Below are positions 36,469-46,991 of a stretch of DNA of 64,000 nt, piece after piece. Numbering within the stretch: the first letter of the stretch is position 1; each line of letters starts with the position of its first letter. The notes under the pieces are model-generated. The model had not been told where the DNA came from. It worked only from the letters and a program-made list of their open reading frames with translations, and ran no database searches. Origin of the DNA: Thermoanaerobaculaceae bacterium (lineage in GTDB: Bacteria; Acidobacteriota; Thermoanaerobaculia; Thermoanaerobaculales; Thermoanaerobaculaceae). The translations under genes and the position numbers were made by a program. The stretch spans positions 19,706 through 83,705 of the forward strand of contig DATKMD010000008.1 in the NCBI GenBank assembly GCA_035542075.1. The letters run 5' to 3'.

Positions 36469-37565
36469 TGACCCTCGAGCTTTCGGCGGGGGCCGAGAAG
36501 GCCCCGTACCACATCGGCGAGGGAGCGCTGACGGCGCTCCCGGATCTGGTGAGGCCGCACGTGGGTGGGCGCCGGCCGTTCGTGGTGACCGACGCCAACG
36601 TGGGTCCCCTGTACGCGTCAGAAATCGCGGAACGGCTGGACGCCCCCTGTCTCGAGCTCCCGACCGGGGAGGAGCACAAGCGTTGGTCCACCGTCGAGCA
36701 CCTGCTCCGCTGGCTGGTGTCCCACGAGGTGGATCGCCAGAGCATCCTGATTGCGGTGGGCGGCGGGGTCGTCACGGATCTCGCCGGGTTCGCGGCGTCC
36801 GTCCTGCTGCGCGGCGTCCCGTGGATCGCGGTCCCCACCACCTTGCTCGGGATGGTGGACGCCGCCGTCGGCGGCAAGACCGGCATCGATCTCGACGTGG
36901 GCAAGAACCTCGTCGGCACCTTCTGGCCGCCGCGCGCCGTCATCGCCGATCCACTGGTTCTCGCCACCCTCCACCTGCGCCAGATCCGTTCGGGTCTGTG
37001 CGAGGTCATCAAGTCCGCGATGATTGCGCCATCGACGCTGGAGCCCGTTCTCGACAGCCACCTTGCACCGGTGGCGGCGAGCGATCCTCTGCACGCCTGG
37101 GAGCTCATCGTGGGCTGCGTGCGTATGAAGGCGGACATCGTGGCGATGGACGAGCGCGAGACCGGCCCACGCCAGGCCCTCAACCTCGGCCACACGCTCG
37201 CACACGGCCTCGAGGGAGCGAGCGAGTACCGCCGCTTCCTCCACGGCGAAGCGGTGGCGTGGGGACTGCTGGCCGCGCTGCGGCTTGCTCGCGACCGCGG
37301 GCTGCTGTCGACCGCCGAGGCGCAAACCTGGGCGGAGCGGATCCAGACTCTGGCCCCTCTCCCAGACCTCGAGGGCCTCCGGTGGGACTCGGTCGCGCCA
37401 TACATCGCGCGCGACAAGAAGAGGCACGGTGGGCGGGTCGGTTGGGTGCTGCCGCGGCTGGGCGGAGTGGTGCTCGACGTCGCGTGCAGTGATGTAGAGG
37501 TGGCGACGGTGTACGCGAGGCTGGCCTCACTCCCTCCGCAGGGGCCTTTCAACTCTCTGCTCTAG
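36465..37565 (+). CDS. aroB: 3-dehydroquinate synthase
   Basis: GGGVVTDLAGFAA, GKNLVGTFWPP, GHTLAHGLE and HGEAVAWG. ATGA overlap with larB. Confidence 0.9.
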   Translation: MMTLELSAGAEKAPYHIGEGALTALPDLVRPHVGGRRPFVVTDANVGPLYASEIAERLDAPCLELPTGEEHKRWSTVEHLLRWLVSHEVDRQSILIAVGGGVVTDLAGFAASVLLRGVPWIAVPTTLLGMVDAAVGGKTGIDLDVGKNLVGTFWPPRAVIADPLVLATLHLRQIRSGLCEVIKSAMIAPSTLEPVLDSHLAPVAASDPLHAWELIVGCVRMKADIVAMDERETGPRQALNLGHTLAHGLEGASEYRRFLHGEAVAWGLLAALRLARDRGLLSTAEAQTWAERIQTLAPLPDLEGLRWDSVAPYIARDKKRHGGRVGWVLPRLGGVVLDVACSDVEVATVYARLASLPPQGPFNSLL

Positions 37566-37680
37566 CGGACCGCCGTGTCAAAGCGCACCGCGCGCTGGAA
37601 GGTTCGTCACCTCCGCCTGCGAGCCGAGCGCTTTCGGTCCTCAGTCCTCGTCCGGGGATGCTAGACTCAACGCCAGAAGA

Positions 37681-40338
37681 TTGCGTGGGGGTGGTTTGGC
37701 GCGTCCCGAACAGCTGCCGACTCGTTTCGATCCTGCCTCCTTCGAGACCGCGTGGTACGCGGCCTGGGAGGCCTCGGGTGCCTTCACACCCGAGCTGCCA
37801 TCGGACAAGCCGCCGTATGTGATCCTGATCCCGCCCCCGAACGTGACTGGCAAGCTGCACATCGGCCACGCGCTCCAGTTCACGCTCCAGGATCTGGTGA
37901 TCCGCTGGCGTCGCATGCAGGGCTTCAACGCCCTGTGGCTCCCGGGCACCGACCACGCGGGGATCGCGACCCAGGTCATGGTGGAGCGCGAGCTGGCGAA
38001 GGAGGGGACCAGCCGTCACGAACTGGGGCGTGAGAAGTTCCTCGAGCGCATGTGGCAATGGAAGGCGCAGTACAAGGACAACATCTCGCACCAGGCCAAG
38101 GCGCTCGGCGCGTCGTGCGACTGGACCCGCGAGCGCTTCACCCTCGACGATATGCTCTCGCGCGCGGTGCGGCATGCCTTCGTGTCGCTGCACCGAGAAG
38201 GCCTCATCTACCGGGCCCATCGCCTGATCAACTGGTGCCCGCGCTGCCTGACGGCGCTCTCCGACCTCGAGGTCGTGCACAAGGAGATCGACGGCGGGAT
38301 GTGGGACTTCGCATACCCGCTCGCGGGCGGCGGCGAGATCGTGGTCTCCACCTCGAGACCCGAGACGATGCTGGGCGACACCGCCGTGGCCGTCCACCCG
38401 GAAGACCCCCGTTATCGCGACCTGATCGGTCGCCTCGTGCAGCACCCGCTGCTCGATCGCCGGTTCCCGGTGATCGCCGACGAGGTGCTGGTGGACCCTG
38501 CGTTCGGGACCGGAGCGGTCAAGGTCACGCCTGCCCACGACCCTAACGATTTCGCGACCGGAGAGCGACACGGCCTCGAAAAGATCAACATCCTCAACGA
38601 GGACGGCACGATTAATGCCAACGGAGGTCCGTTCGCCGGGCAGGATCGTTTCGTGGCCCGGAAAGCCGTTCTCGCGGCGTTGACGGAGAAGGGGCTCCGC
38701 CGGGGCGAGAAGACGCACCGCCACGCGGTCGGACACTGCCAGCGGTGCGACACGGTGGTCGAGCCGTACCTCTCGAGGCAGTGGTTCTGCTCGATGCGGG
38801 CGATGGCCGACCGAGCCCTCGCAGCCGTGGACACGGGCGAGGTGAAGCTGATCCCGGAATTCTGGGTCGCAACGTACAGGAACTGGCTCGAGAACATCCT
38901 CGACTGGTGCATCTCGCGGCAGCTCTGGTGGGGGCATCGGATCCCCGCGTACTATTGCCCGGACGGACACACGACGGCGTCCGAGGAGGACGTCTCTGCG
39001 TGTGCCGAGTGCGGGAAACCGGTGGAACAGGACCCCGACGTGCTGGATACCTGGTTCTCCTCCGGGCTCTGGCCGATCTCCACGCTCGGGTGGCCGGCCG
39101 ACACCGCGGACATGCGCGCGTTCTACCCGACGAGCGTGATGATCACGGGCTTCGACATCCTGTTCTTCTGGGTGGCGCGCATGGTCATGATGGGGTGTCA
39201 CTTCACGGGGAAGGCACCGTTTCGCGATGTTCACCTGACCGGTCTGGTCCGCGATGCACGCGGACAGAAGATGTCCAAGACGAAGGGGAACGTCATGGAC
39301 CCGCTCGACCTCGTGCACCAGTACGGAGCCGACGCGGTGCGCTTCACGCTCGCCGCCCTGGCATCGCCGGGCCGGGACCTTCCCCTCGACGTCAAGCGGA
39401 TGGAGGGGTACCGAGCGTTCGGCACCAAGATCTGGAACGCGGCGCGCTTCGTGCAGATGAACCTATCGGGCGGCGAGCCCGACCTCGAGGCGCTCGACGT
39501 CGCAGGTCTGGCGCTCCCCGAGAGGTGGATTCTCTCGGAGCTCGAGCGCGCGACGTCGGCGGTCAACCGCGCGTGGGAGAGCTACCGCTTCGACGAGGGC
39601 TGCCGGGAACTCTACCAGTTCGTGTGGAACGACTACTGCGACTGGTACCTGGAGATGGCCAAGCCGGTCCTCCAGGAGGGCAACCTGCATGGGCGCCGAG
39701 CCGAAGACGTCCGCGCCGTGGCGCGGTGGGTGCTGATCGAGGCGCTCAAGCTTCTGCACCCGGTGATGCCGTTCATCACCGAGGAGATTGCCCGTCACCT
39801 CGGGTCCGAAGGCCTGCTCATCAGCACGCCGTACCCCAGTGGCGGCCGTCGCCCCGAGGACCCGGAGGCGCTCGCGGTGATGGCCGCGTTCCAGGCGGTC
39901 GTCCAGGAGACCCGGTCGTACCGGCACCTGGTTGGCCTCGCGCCGGGTACGCCGTTGGCGCTGTCGCTGCTAGGGCTCGAGCCCTCGCGGCGCGATGCGT
40001 TCTCCGGCCTCGAGACGGAGATCTGCCGACTCGCCGGGCTCTCGGGGTTGGAGCTCAACCCGGACTCCGTGCCCGAGGAGGCGATCCGCGACCTCGCGGG
40101 AGGGGTCAGCGTCGCGATCCTGCTGCCGCCGGGAGCGCTCGGCGTGGCCGAGCGGACACACCTCGGCGCCGAACTCGCCCAGCTCGAAGGCGAGCTCGAG
40201 AAGACCAGGGCCCGCCTCGCAGATCCGACCTTCGCCGCGCGGGCTCCGGAGGAGATCGTGGCCGGCAGCCGCCAGCGCGCGGCCGAGCTGGCACACAAGG
40301 CGCAGCTGCTCAGGGCGACGCTGGAGCGGAACGCGTGA
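37681..40338 (+). CDS. valS: Valine--tRNA ligase
   Basis: PPPNVTGKLHIGHAL (HIGH), KMSKTKGN (KMSKS) and a C-terminal coiled coil. TTG start as given by the ORF track. Confidence 0.95.
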   Translation: MRGGGLARPEQLPTRFDPASFETAWYAAWEASGAFTPELPSDKPPYVILIPPPNVTGKLHIGHALQFTLQDLVIRWRRMQGFNALWLPGTDHAGIATQVMVERELAKEGTSRHELGREKFLERMWQWKAQYKDNISHQAKALGASCDWTRERFTLDDMLSRAVRHAFVSLHREGLIYRAHRLINWCPRCLTALSDLEVVHKEIDGGMWDFAYPLAGGGEIVVSTSRPETMLGDTAVAVHPEDPRYRDLIGRLVQHPLLDRRFPVIADEVLVDPAFGTGAVKVTPAHDPNDFATGERHGLEKINILNEDGTINANGGPFAGQDRFVARKAVLAALTEKGLRRGEKTHRHAVGHCQRCDTVVEPYLSRQWFCSMRAMADRALAAVDTGEVKLIPEFWVATYRNWLENILDWCISRQLWWGHRIPAYYCPDGHTTASEEDVSACAECGKPVEQDPDVLDTWFSSGLWPISTLGWPADTADMRAFYPTSVMITGFDILFFWVARMVMMGCHFTGKAPFRDVHLTGLVRDARGQKMSKTKGNVMDPLDLVHQYGADAVRFTLAALASPGRDLPLDVKRMEGYRAFGTKIWNAARFVQMNLSGGEPDLEALDVAGLALPERWILSELERATSAVNRAWESYRFDEGCRELYQFVWNDYCDWYLEMAKPVLQEGNLHGRRAEDVRAVARWVLIEALKLLHPVMPFITEEIARHLGSEGLLISTPYPSGGRRPEDPEALAVMAAFQAVVQETRSYRHLVGLAPGTPLALSLLGLEPSRRDAFSGLETEICRLAGLSGLELNPDSVPEEAIRDLAGGVSVAILLPPGALGVAERTHLGAELAQLEGELEKTRARLADPTFAARAPEEIVAGSRQRAAELAHKAQLLRATLERNA

Positions 40339-41111
40339 GCAGGGTGGTCGCTCCGCTCGCTCAGGCGAACGTCATCTGGCTGGACGTCGTCGACTCGACC
40401 AACGCCGTGGCCGACCGGTTGGCCGAGTCGTGGGAGGCGCAGGAGGAGAGCCGGCTGCCGGAGACGCTGTTTGTCGCGCAGCGCCAGGCGGCCGGCCGCG
40501 GACGCGGCACTCACACCTGGGAATCGCCCGAGGGCGGCCTGTACGCGACGTGGCTCGCGTGGCTCCCGGTGCGCGCCCTCCCGACCCTGCCGATGGCGAT
40601 GGGCGTGAGCTTGGCGGAAGCGGTGGAGGACCTCGTGCCGGCGGTGCACGTCGGCCTCAAGTGGCCGAACGATCTCCTGGTGGAGGGGCGGAAGCTCGGC
40701 GGTGTCCTGTCCTCGAGTCGCACGAACGGGGAGGCGGCGTGGGTCACCGCGGGCTTCGGGATCAACGTCGCGGCAGCACCGCCGCTGGTCCCCGAGGATC
40801 GAACCACGGCGGTGTCCCTTGCAGACCTCGGGTTCGCGGGCGACGCCGCGGAGGGGATCTGGTCGCTGGTCACCGGGTTCTTGTCGCGCATCCATCCGGC
40901 CCTTGCCGATCCGGAGGGCACGAGGGCACAGTGGGTGGCCCGCAGCGTCCACCGGGTCGGGGAGAGCCTGCGCGTGCGGCTGCCCTCGGGCCTGGTGGAA
41001 GGCAGGTTCGTGGGCTTCGGGCGGAAAGGCGAACTCGAGCTCGAGGTGGCCGGGAAGGTGAAGCGGTACGCGGACGGGGAGCTTCTGGGTGAGAAGGAGC
41101 CGGGAGGCTGA
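40335..41111 (+). CDS. birA: Biotin--[acetyl-CoA-carboxylase] ligase, class I (no N-terminal HTH)
   Basis: QAAGRGRGTHTWESPEGGLY and LKWPNDLL. GTGA overlap with valS. Confidence 0.85.
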   Translation: MSRVVAPLAQANVIWLDVVDSTNAVADRLAESWEAQEESRLPETLFVAQRQAAGRGRGTHTWESPEGGLYATWLAWLPVRALPTLPMAMGVSLAEAVEDLVPAVHVGLKWPNDLLVEGRKLGGVLSSSRTNGEAAWVTAGFGINVAAAPPLVPEDRTTAVSLADLGFAGDAAEGIWSLVTGFLSRIHPALADPEGTRAQWVARSVHRVGESLRVRLPSGLVEGRFVGFGRKGELELEVAGKVKRYADGELLGEKEPGG

Positions 41112-41112
41112 G

Positions 41113-41886
41113 ATGCTGCTGGCCCTTGATGTTGGAAACACCCACACCACGATCGGGGTCTTCAAAGACGGGCAGGTCCTCCGAAGGTGGCGTCTCTCAA
41201 CGGTGCGCGACCGCACTGTGGACGAGCTGGGCATCCTGCTGCGGCAACTTTGCGAGTGGGCGGAGATCCGCCCCGGCGACATCAACGGCGTGGTCGTGGG
41301 CTCGGTCGTCCCGCCCCTCGACGCTTCTCTCCGCGCCGCGGTGTCCACCTACCTCCACGCCCAACCGCTGTTCATCGCGCCCGGCATCAAGTCGGGCATG
41401 CCGCTCAAGGTGGAGGCTCCGCTGGAACTCGGTGCGGACCGACTGTGCAACTCGGTGGCGGCGTTCGCGGAGCACGGAGGCCCTTGCGTGGTGGTGGACT
41501 TCGGGACCGCGACCACCTGGGACGTGGTCTCCGAAGGGGGGGAGTTCATCGGAGGTGTCATCGCTCCCGGGCTCGAGATCGCCGCGGAGGCGCTGTTCTC
41601 CCGCGCCGCCAAGCTGCCCAGAATCGAGCTTGCCGCGCCCGCGCGCGTGATAGGCAAGGGGACCGTGGACTCCATGCAGGCGGGGCTGGTGTACGGCTAC
41701 GTCGGGCTGGTCGAGGGCCTCACGCGGCGGGTGCTCAGCGAGCTCGGTCGCGGCAAGGTGATCGCCACGGGGGGGCTCGCGGCGGTGATCGCGCGCCACA
41801 CCGGAATCTTCGACGTCGTGGACGACGACCTGACGCTCAAGGGGTTGCGCCTGCTGTGGGAGCGCAACCGACCGGAGCGTGGCTGA
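41113..41886 (+). CDS. coaX: Type III pantothenate kinase
   Basis: MLLALDVGNTHTTIG and VVVDFGTATT. Confidence 0.9.
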   Translation: MLLALDVGNTHTTIGVFKDGQVLRRWRLSTVRDRTVDELGILLRQLCEWAEIRPGDINGVVVGSVVPPLDASLRAAVSTYLHAQPLFIAPGIKSGMPLKVEAPLELGADRLCNSVAAFAEHGGPCVVVDFGTATTWDVVSEGGEFIGGVIAPGLEIAAEALFSRAAKLPRIELAAPARVIGKGTVDSMQAGLVYGYVGLVEGLTRRVLSELGRGKVIATGGLAAVIARHTGIFDVVDDDLTLKGLRLLWERNRPERG

Positions 41887-41900
41887 GGTTGCGTTCCGCC

Positions 41901-42569
41901 ATGGCCGCGCCGGACGAGGACGAGCTCGCCTTCTACCGTGCGGTGGAGGATCACTTCGCCGCCCTGAGGGGTACGCCCTTCCTCTTCTCCCCGAAAGATT
42001 TCGCGCTGCTGCGCTCATGGTGGCACGAGGGGGTCCCGCTGGCGGCTGTGCTGGCCGGGATCGGCGAGATCTGGGAACGAAGGCGCGAGCGTGACGCCGA
42101 CCCGGTGTCGTCCCTCGCGTACTGCCGCCACGCCATTGCGCGGCAGGCCAGGCGATTGGCGGCGGCCCGCGTGGGGGCGGCCGGGGAGGACCGCGCCTTC
42201 GACGTCGGTGGGGCGCTGCGCTCGCTGGCCCTGGCGGTCGGTGAGACAGTGACCGCATGGGACGGAGTTCCACAGGTGGCGGCGGTGCTCCGCGACCTGG
42301 AGCGGGCGGTAGCGACGCTTCCCGAGAACAGCCGGCCCGAGGCGCTGGACGAGACGCTGGCGGACCTGGAGTTCACGTCGCTGGACGCGCTGCTTGGGGC
42401 CCTGCCGGCCGACCGGCGGCGGACGATCGAATCGCAGGTCGAGGGCGAGCTCGCCGGCTTGAAACTGGCCTCCGGCGTTCGCGACCGAACGAGGCATGCC
42501 TTGCTCGTGAAAGCGCTGCGGCGCCTCATCGGACTGCCGCGCCTGGAGCTGAGCACCCGTGCGCGTTGA
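41901..42569 (+). CDS. Hypothetical 222-aa protein (N-terminal ~85 aa vaguely DnaD/replisome-organiser-like)
   Basis: GC3-biased ORF in the same frame as the tail of the 460-aa track ORF. FLFSPKDFALLRSWWHEGVPLAAVLAGI...SLAYCRHAI. No confident family. Confidence 0.5.
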   Translation: MAAPDEDELAFYRAVEDHFAALRGTPFLFSPKDFALLRSWWHEGVPLAAVLAGIGEIWERRRERDADPVSSLAYCRHAIARQARRLAAARVGAAGEDRAFDVGGALRSLALAVGETVTAWDGVPQVAAVLRDLERAVATLPENSRPEALDETLADLEFTSLDALLGALPADRRRTIESQVEGELAGLKLASGVRDRTRHALLVKALRRLIGLPRLELSTRAR

Positions 42570-43791
42570 GATCAAATCCCTCGGCGGTGGTGGCCGCGGC
42601 GTCGCCCGTGCGGGGCGCAAGGTGTGGTTCGTGGTGGGCGCCCTCCCGGGCGAGGTCATCGAGGCCGAGATCGAGCGAGAGCGAGCCGGTGTCGTCGAGG
42701 CCCGGGTGGCGCGCGTCCTCAAGGAAAGCCCGTGGCGGGAGCCCAACCCTTGCCCGGTCGCCGGGTTGTGCGGCGGGTGCGACCTCACCCACGTGCGGCG
42801 AGAGGTGATCGCAGACGCCCTGCGCGAGGTGGTCTGCGGAGCCCTGAGGCATGCACCCCCCATGCTCTCGGAGTTCGTGCGAAAGGCGCCGGTCGTAGTC
42901 TCCGAGATGGAGTGGCGCCTGCGGGCCCGGCTGCACTGGGATGGGAAAACACGGACCCTCGGTTTCCGCGAGCCGCGCTCCCACCGCACCGCCGACATCG
43001 CCCCGTGCAGGGTGATCTCGCGGTTGCTCCTCGATGGCCTGCCCAGGCTGACCCGCGCGCTCGTCGGCGCCGGGCTGCCGGACGGGGACGTGGAGTGGCT
43101 CGAGAACCTCGGGCCGAGCGCTGCGGTGGCCGGTTGGCGCGGCCCCGGAACACCGCCGGAGGTGTCGGTGCGCGGTCTGGCTGGCTGGCATCCGATCGGC
43201 GAGGGGGGCGCTTTGCTGTCGGGCGGATGGGGCGCGACCGGCGTCACTATCGACCTCCCGGTCCCGCTGCGAGTTCCCATCGGCACGTTCTTTCAGGGAA
43301 ATCGCCACCTGGTGCCCAAGCTGTTCTCGCGGGTGGGCGAACTCGTGCAGGCCCACGGGCACGCCCGGGTCGTGGATCTCTACGCCGGCGTGGGCTTCTT
43401 CGGCGCTGCGGCGAGGCGGGCAGGCGCCGCGGCGATCACGGTCGTCGAGTCCAACCGGGTGGCCGCGGATGCGGCTGCGATGAACCTCCCGGGTGCCCTC
43501 GTGCTTGCGGTTTCCGCCGAGGACTACCTCGTGGATCCCGGGACGGGCAGAGGAACACTGGTGATCCTGGATCCCCCGCGCCTGGGCCTCTCGGCGACCG
43601 CGACGGAGGGGCTGCTGCGCTGGCTTCCCGAGGGAATCGTGCTCGTCTCCTGCGATGCCAGCCACTTCGGGCGGGACGCGGCTCAGCTCCTGGCCTTCGG
43701 CTACAAACTCGCGTCGCTCGAGCTGTGGGATCTCTTTGCGGGCTCGCACCATGTCGAAATCCTCGCGGACTTCCGGCGCCCCGGCGCCTGA
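42559..43791 (+). CDS. RlmD/RumA-type 23S rRNA (uracil-C5)-methyltransferase with TRAM domain and Fe-S Cys cluster
   Basis: N-terminal TRAM-like beta domain, CPVAGLCGGCDLTH, SAM fold VVDLYAGVGFFG, and LDPPRLG. Confidence 0.8.
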   Translation: MRVEIKSLGGGGRGVARAGRKVWFVVGALPGEVIEAEIERERAGVVEARVARVLKESPWREPNPCPVAGLCGGCDLTHVRREVIADALREVVCGALRHAPPMLSEFVRKAPVVVSEMEWRLRARLHWDGKTRTLGFREPRSHRTADIAPCRVISRLLLDGLPRLTRALVGAGLPDGDVEWLENLGPSAAVAGWRGPGTPPEVSVRGLAGWHPIGEGGALLSGGWGATGVTIDLPVPLRVPIGTFFQGNRHLVPKLFSRVGELVQAHGHARVVDLYAGVGFFGAAARRAGAAAITVVESNRVAADAAAMNLPGALVLAVSAEDYLVDPGTGRGTLVILDPPRLGLSATATEGLLRWLPEGIVLVSCDASHFGRDAAQLLAFGYKLASLELWDLFAGSHHVEILADFRRPGA

Positions 43792-46063
43792 TCTCCCGGG
43801 CTCGCGCCTCGTCGCGCTCGCGGTCTCCGCCGTCGTGGCCGCGGTTACCGGCAACGTGCTCCCGCCTGACCCGGTCTTCCGGTACCCCCTGGCGTTGCTC
43901 GCGCTTCTGGCGGGATGGCGCGGCCTGCGCAGATCGGACCGAGGGCTGGCGTGGTGGGCGGCGTGCGGGGCGCTGGTGGGCCTTGCGGCGTGCGCATTCG
44001 CCCCGCGCGCGCCCAGCGGATCCGCCGACCCCGTGCCCGTCCGTTTCATGGTTTCGGTGCGTGACGGCTGGACCAGCGGATTGCGGGGATGGGGAACGCG
44101 AGTCCGGGTACTGGGCATCGAGCGAGCGGGCGTGGCCCTGCCACACGCACGCGAGCTCGAGCTTTACGTCTCTGCACCGGTGGGACGGGCAGAGTTGCCG
44201 GCCCCGGGCACCCGCTGGGAGGGGAGTGGGGATCTGGTTTCTGACCCGCACCTTCCCCTGAAAGCTGGTTACCTGCGCGTGAAGTCGCTTCTGCTCCTGC
44301 GCCAGAATCCCGGCGGATCTCCGGTGGACCGGCTCCGCGAAGCGGGTGTTCAAGCCCTGCAGGCGAGCGCAGGGGTGGACCCGGTGAGGTTGCACGCGGC
44401 CGGGCTCGCGTCGGCGCTGGTGCTTGAGCGCAGGGAAACCCTGCTGGAGGGCGAGGTTGCGAGCATGCGCCGCTCCGGACTCGTCCACCTGCTTTCGGTT
44501 TCCGGGCTGCACGTCGGTCTGGTTGCAGTCCTGGCCTGGGGGGCTCTCAACCTGGTCGGCGTGCGCCCCAGAGCGCGGCGCTGGCTCGTGATCGTGGCCC
44601 TGATCGCCTTTGCCCTCCTCGCGGGTGGAAACGCCCCGGTTCGGCGGGCGGCGACAGCAGGGGTGGCGTACCTCCTGGCGCGCCAGCTCGGGCGGCCCCT
44701 GGAGCCGCTACCGACAGTGTGGGCGATCGTTGCAGGGCTGGTGGCTCTTGAGCCTGCAGTCGTTCTGCAGCCGGGGTTCGAGCTGTCGGCGTTCGTTACT
44801 CTGGCGCTGGTGCGCTGGATTTCACCGCTGGCGTTGGCACTGCCGGTGCTCCCGACCAGGCTCGCTCAGGCCCTGGCGGTAGCAGTGGTGGCGCAGGCGG
44901 CCTCGAGTCCATTGGTGGGCGAGTATTTTGCCGTGGTGCCCCCGCTCGGCGTGCTCGCGAACCTACTCGCAGCGCCGCTCGAGCTGCTGCTCGTGGGGGC
45001 CAGCTTGCTCGCCCTTGCCGTCGCGCCTATCTGGTCATGGCTCGGAGGCCTGGTGCTGCTCGCGGTAGCTGGAGGGCGGTGGCTCCTCGGGCTGGCCTCC
45101 GCAGTCGGCGGGATCGTGAGCTGGCCGTTTCCCCCGTTACCAACTGTGCTGGCAGCCCTGCTGGGAGGCCTGGCCCTCACAGCGCTCACGCGGGCGCGGG
45201 CTGCGCTTGCCGCGGCGCTGCTACTCGTGTCGGGCACTCTGGTGTGGATGCTCCTTCCGGCCCCGGGCTCCCCGTGGACGCATCGCGTTCGGGTCCTGGC
45301 CGTCCGCGACGGGATGGCCGTCCTGATCGAGAGCGGGAAAACCGCGGTGCTGATAGACACGGGGCGCTCGACACTGGACGCGTGGCGCGAGCTTGCCCGG
45401 GTCCGGGTGCGCCACCTCGAGGCGCTGGTCGTGACGCACCCGGACGCCGATCACACGGGGGGAGCCGCGATGCTTCTCGAGCGCCTGAGGGTCGGTCGCT
45501 TCTGCTACCCGCGCGCGCTCGGCGACCGGGGCGAGATCGTCTCCCTGCGGCGCGCTGCACGGCTGGCTGGGGCGGACGAGATCCCGCTCACAGGCGGCGA
45601 GCGCGTTGCCATCGCCGCTATCGGGTGCGACGTGCTCTGGCCCCCGCCCGTGATGGAGGGGGCCGACAACGATGCCAGCCTGGTGGCCCGCTTTCCCCTT
45701 GGGGGTGCCGCGCTCCTGGTCACGGGCGACCTGGAGGCGGCAGGTGAAGCCGCTTTGATGTCCAGCGGGGCAGCACTGCGGGCCGAGCTGCTGCAGCTGC
45801 CGCACCACGGCTCGCGGACGTCCACGACCCCCGCATTCCTGGAGGCTGTCATGCCGGTCGTCGCCTTTGCCGCGACCGGCACGCATCCGCGTTTCGCCTA
45901 TCCCGATCATTCGGTCGCGCGGCGCGTGCGAGATCTCCCCGCGGTGATGGCAACGCAGGAGGAGGGCGTGGTGTCGGTGGCGTGGGGCGAGCACGGAGCG
46001 TTCACCTTGGGCACCGCGCGGCAGGTGCGCGTCTCCCGTCACAGAGGTCCGGCCCGTGAGTGA
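43751..46063 (+). CDS. comEC: ComEC/Rec2 DNA internalisation channel with C-terminal metallo-beta-lactamase domain
   Basis: Polytopic competence domain. VTHPDADHTGG and LQLPHHGS. The ATG at 43751 overlaps the upstream gene by 41 nt. Confidence 0.85.
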   Translation: MSKSSRTSGAPAPDLPGSRLVALAVSAVVAAVTGNVLPPDPVFRYPLALLALLAGWRGLRRSDRGLAWWAACGALVGLAACAFAPRAPSGSADPVPVRFMVSVRDGWTSGLRGWGTRVRVLGIERAGVALPHARELELYVSAPVGRAELPAPGTRWEGSGDLVSDPHLPLKAGYLRVKSLLLLRQNPGGSPVDRLREAGVQALQASAGVDPVRLHAAGLASALVLERRETLLEGEVASMRRSGLVHLLSVSGLHVGLVAVLAWGALNLVGVRPRARRWLVIVALIAFALLAGGNAPVRRAATAGVAYLLARQLGRPLEPLPTVWAIVAGLVALEPAVVLQPGFELSAFVTLALVRWISPLALALPVLPTRLAQALAVAVVAQAASSPLVGEYFAVVPPLGVLANLLAAPLELLLVGASLLALAVAPIWSWLGGLVLLAVAGGRWLLGLASAVGGIVSWPFPPLPTVLAALLGGLALTALTRARAALAAALLLVSGTLVWMLLPAPGSPWTHRVRVLAVRDGMAVLIESGKTAVLIDTGRSTLDAWRELARVRVRHLEALVVTHPDADHTGGAAMLLERLRVGRFCYPRALGDRGEIVSLRRAARLAGADEIPLTGGERVAIAAIGCDVLWPPPVMEGADNDASLVARFPLGGAALLVTGDLEAAGEAALMSSGAALRAELLQLPHHGSRTSTTPAFLEAVMPVVAFAATGTHPRFAYPDHSVARRVRDLPAVMATQEEGVVSVAWGEHGAFTLGTARQVRVSRHRGPARE

Positions 46064-46991
46064 CGTCCTCGTGATCGTCGGCCCGACGGCTTCGGGCAAG
46101 TCCGCCCTGGGCGCGTCGCTGGCCGAGAGGCTTGGGGGCGAGGTCGTGTCGGCGGACGCATTCGCCGTCTACCGGGGTCTCGACATCGGGACCGCGAAAC
46201 CGGACGCCGCCACCCGGTCGCGGGTCCCTCACCACCTTCTCGATGTGGCGGACCCGCGCGATCGCTACTCGGCCGGGATGTTCGTTCGCGATGCCGATGC
46301 CGCGATCGCAGGGATTCGGGCCCGAGGCCGGCTGCCCATCGTTGTAGGGGGCACCCACTTCTACGTGCGGGCATTGCTGTACGGGCTCTTCCCCGAACCG
46401 CCCAAGGACCCGAGGCTGCGCCAGCTCCTCGAGGCTCAGTGGAGGGCCGACCCAGTCGCGGTGCGGGCCCGCCTCGCCGCGCTCGACCCCGAGGCCGCTT
46501 CCCGTATCGCGGGCTCCGACCGGCAGCGCACCCTGCGGGCGGTCGAGGTGTGCCTGCTCTCCGGCAGGCCGATGACGGAGCTCTGGCGTGAGCACCCGCG
46601 AGGTGAGCCACGACACATTTTCTTGATGTTGGGTCTCAGGCTGCCGCGCGAGAGGCTTCATGCTAGGATTGCGCAGCGGGTGGAAGGGATGTTTGCCGCA
46701 GGGCTCTTGCGGGAATTGGAGGGATTGCTCGCTGGCGGCTTGTCTCCCAACGCACACGCCCTCAAGGCGATCGGCTACCGGGAGGCCTGCGACGTGCTGG
46801 TGGGGTCACTCACGGTGCAGGAGGCGGTGGAGCGGGCGAAGGCCACGACGGGGCGGTTGGCGAAGCGGCAGATGACCTGGCTGAGAGGCGAAACCGAGGT
46901 GGACTGGCTGGCGGGAGCTGGTGAGGAGCTGCTGGCCGAGGCCACCTCACGAGTGGAGGCGCGGGGTGGAACAGGGACAGGAGCGGGCTAA
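46056..46991 (+). CDS. miaA: tRNA dimethylallyltransferase
   Basis: IVGPTASGKSAL P-loop and DIGTAKP. Confidence 0.9.
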   Translation: MSDVLVIVGPTASGKSALGASLAERLGGEVVSADAFAVYRGLDIGTAKPDAATRSRVPHHLLDVADPRDRYSAGMFVRDADAAIAGIRARGRLPIVVGGTHFYVRALLYGLFPEPPKDPRLRQLLEAQWRADPVAVRARLAALDPEAASRIAGSDRQRTLRAVEVCLLSGRPMTELWREHPRGEPRHIFLMLGLRLPRERLHARIAQRVEGMFAAGLLRELEGLLAGGLSPNAHALKAIGYREACDVLVGSLTVQEAVERAKATTGRLAKRQMTWLRGETEVDWLAGAGEELLAEATSRVEARGGTGTGAG

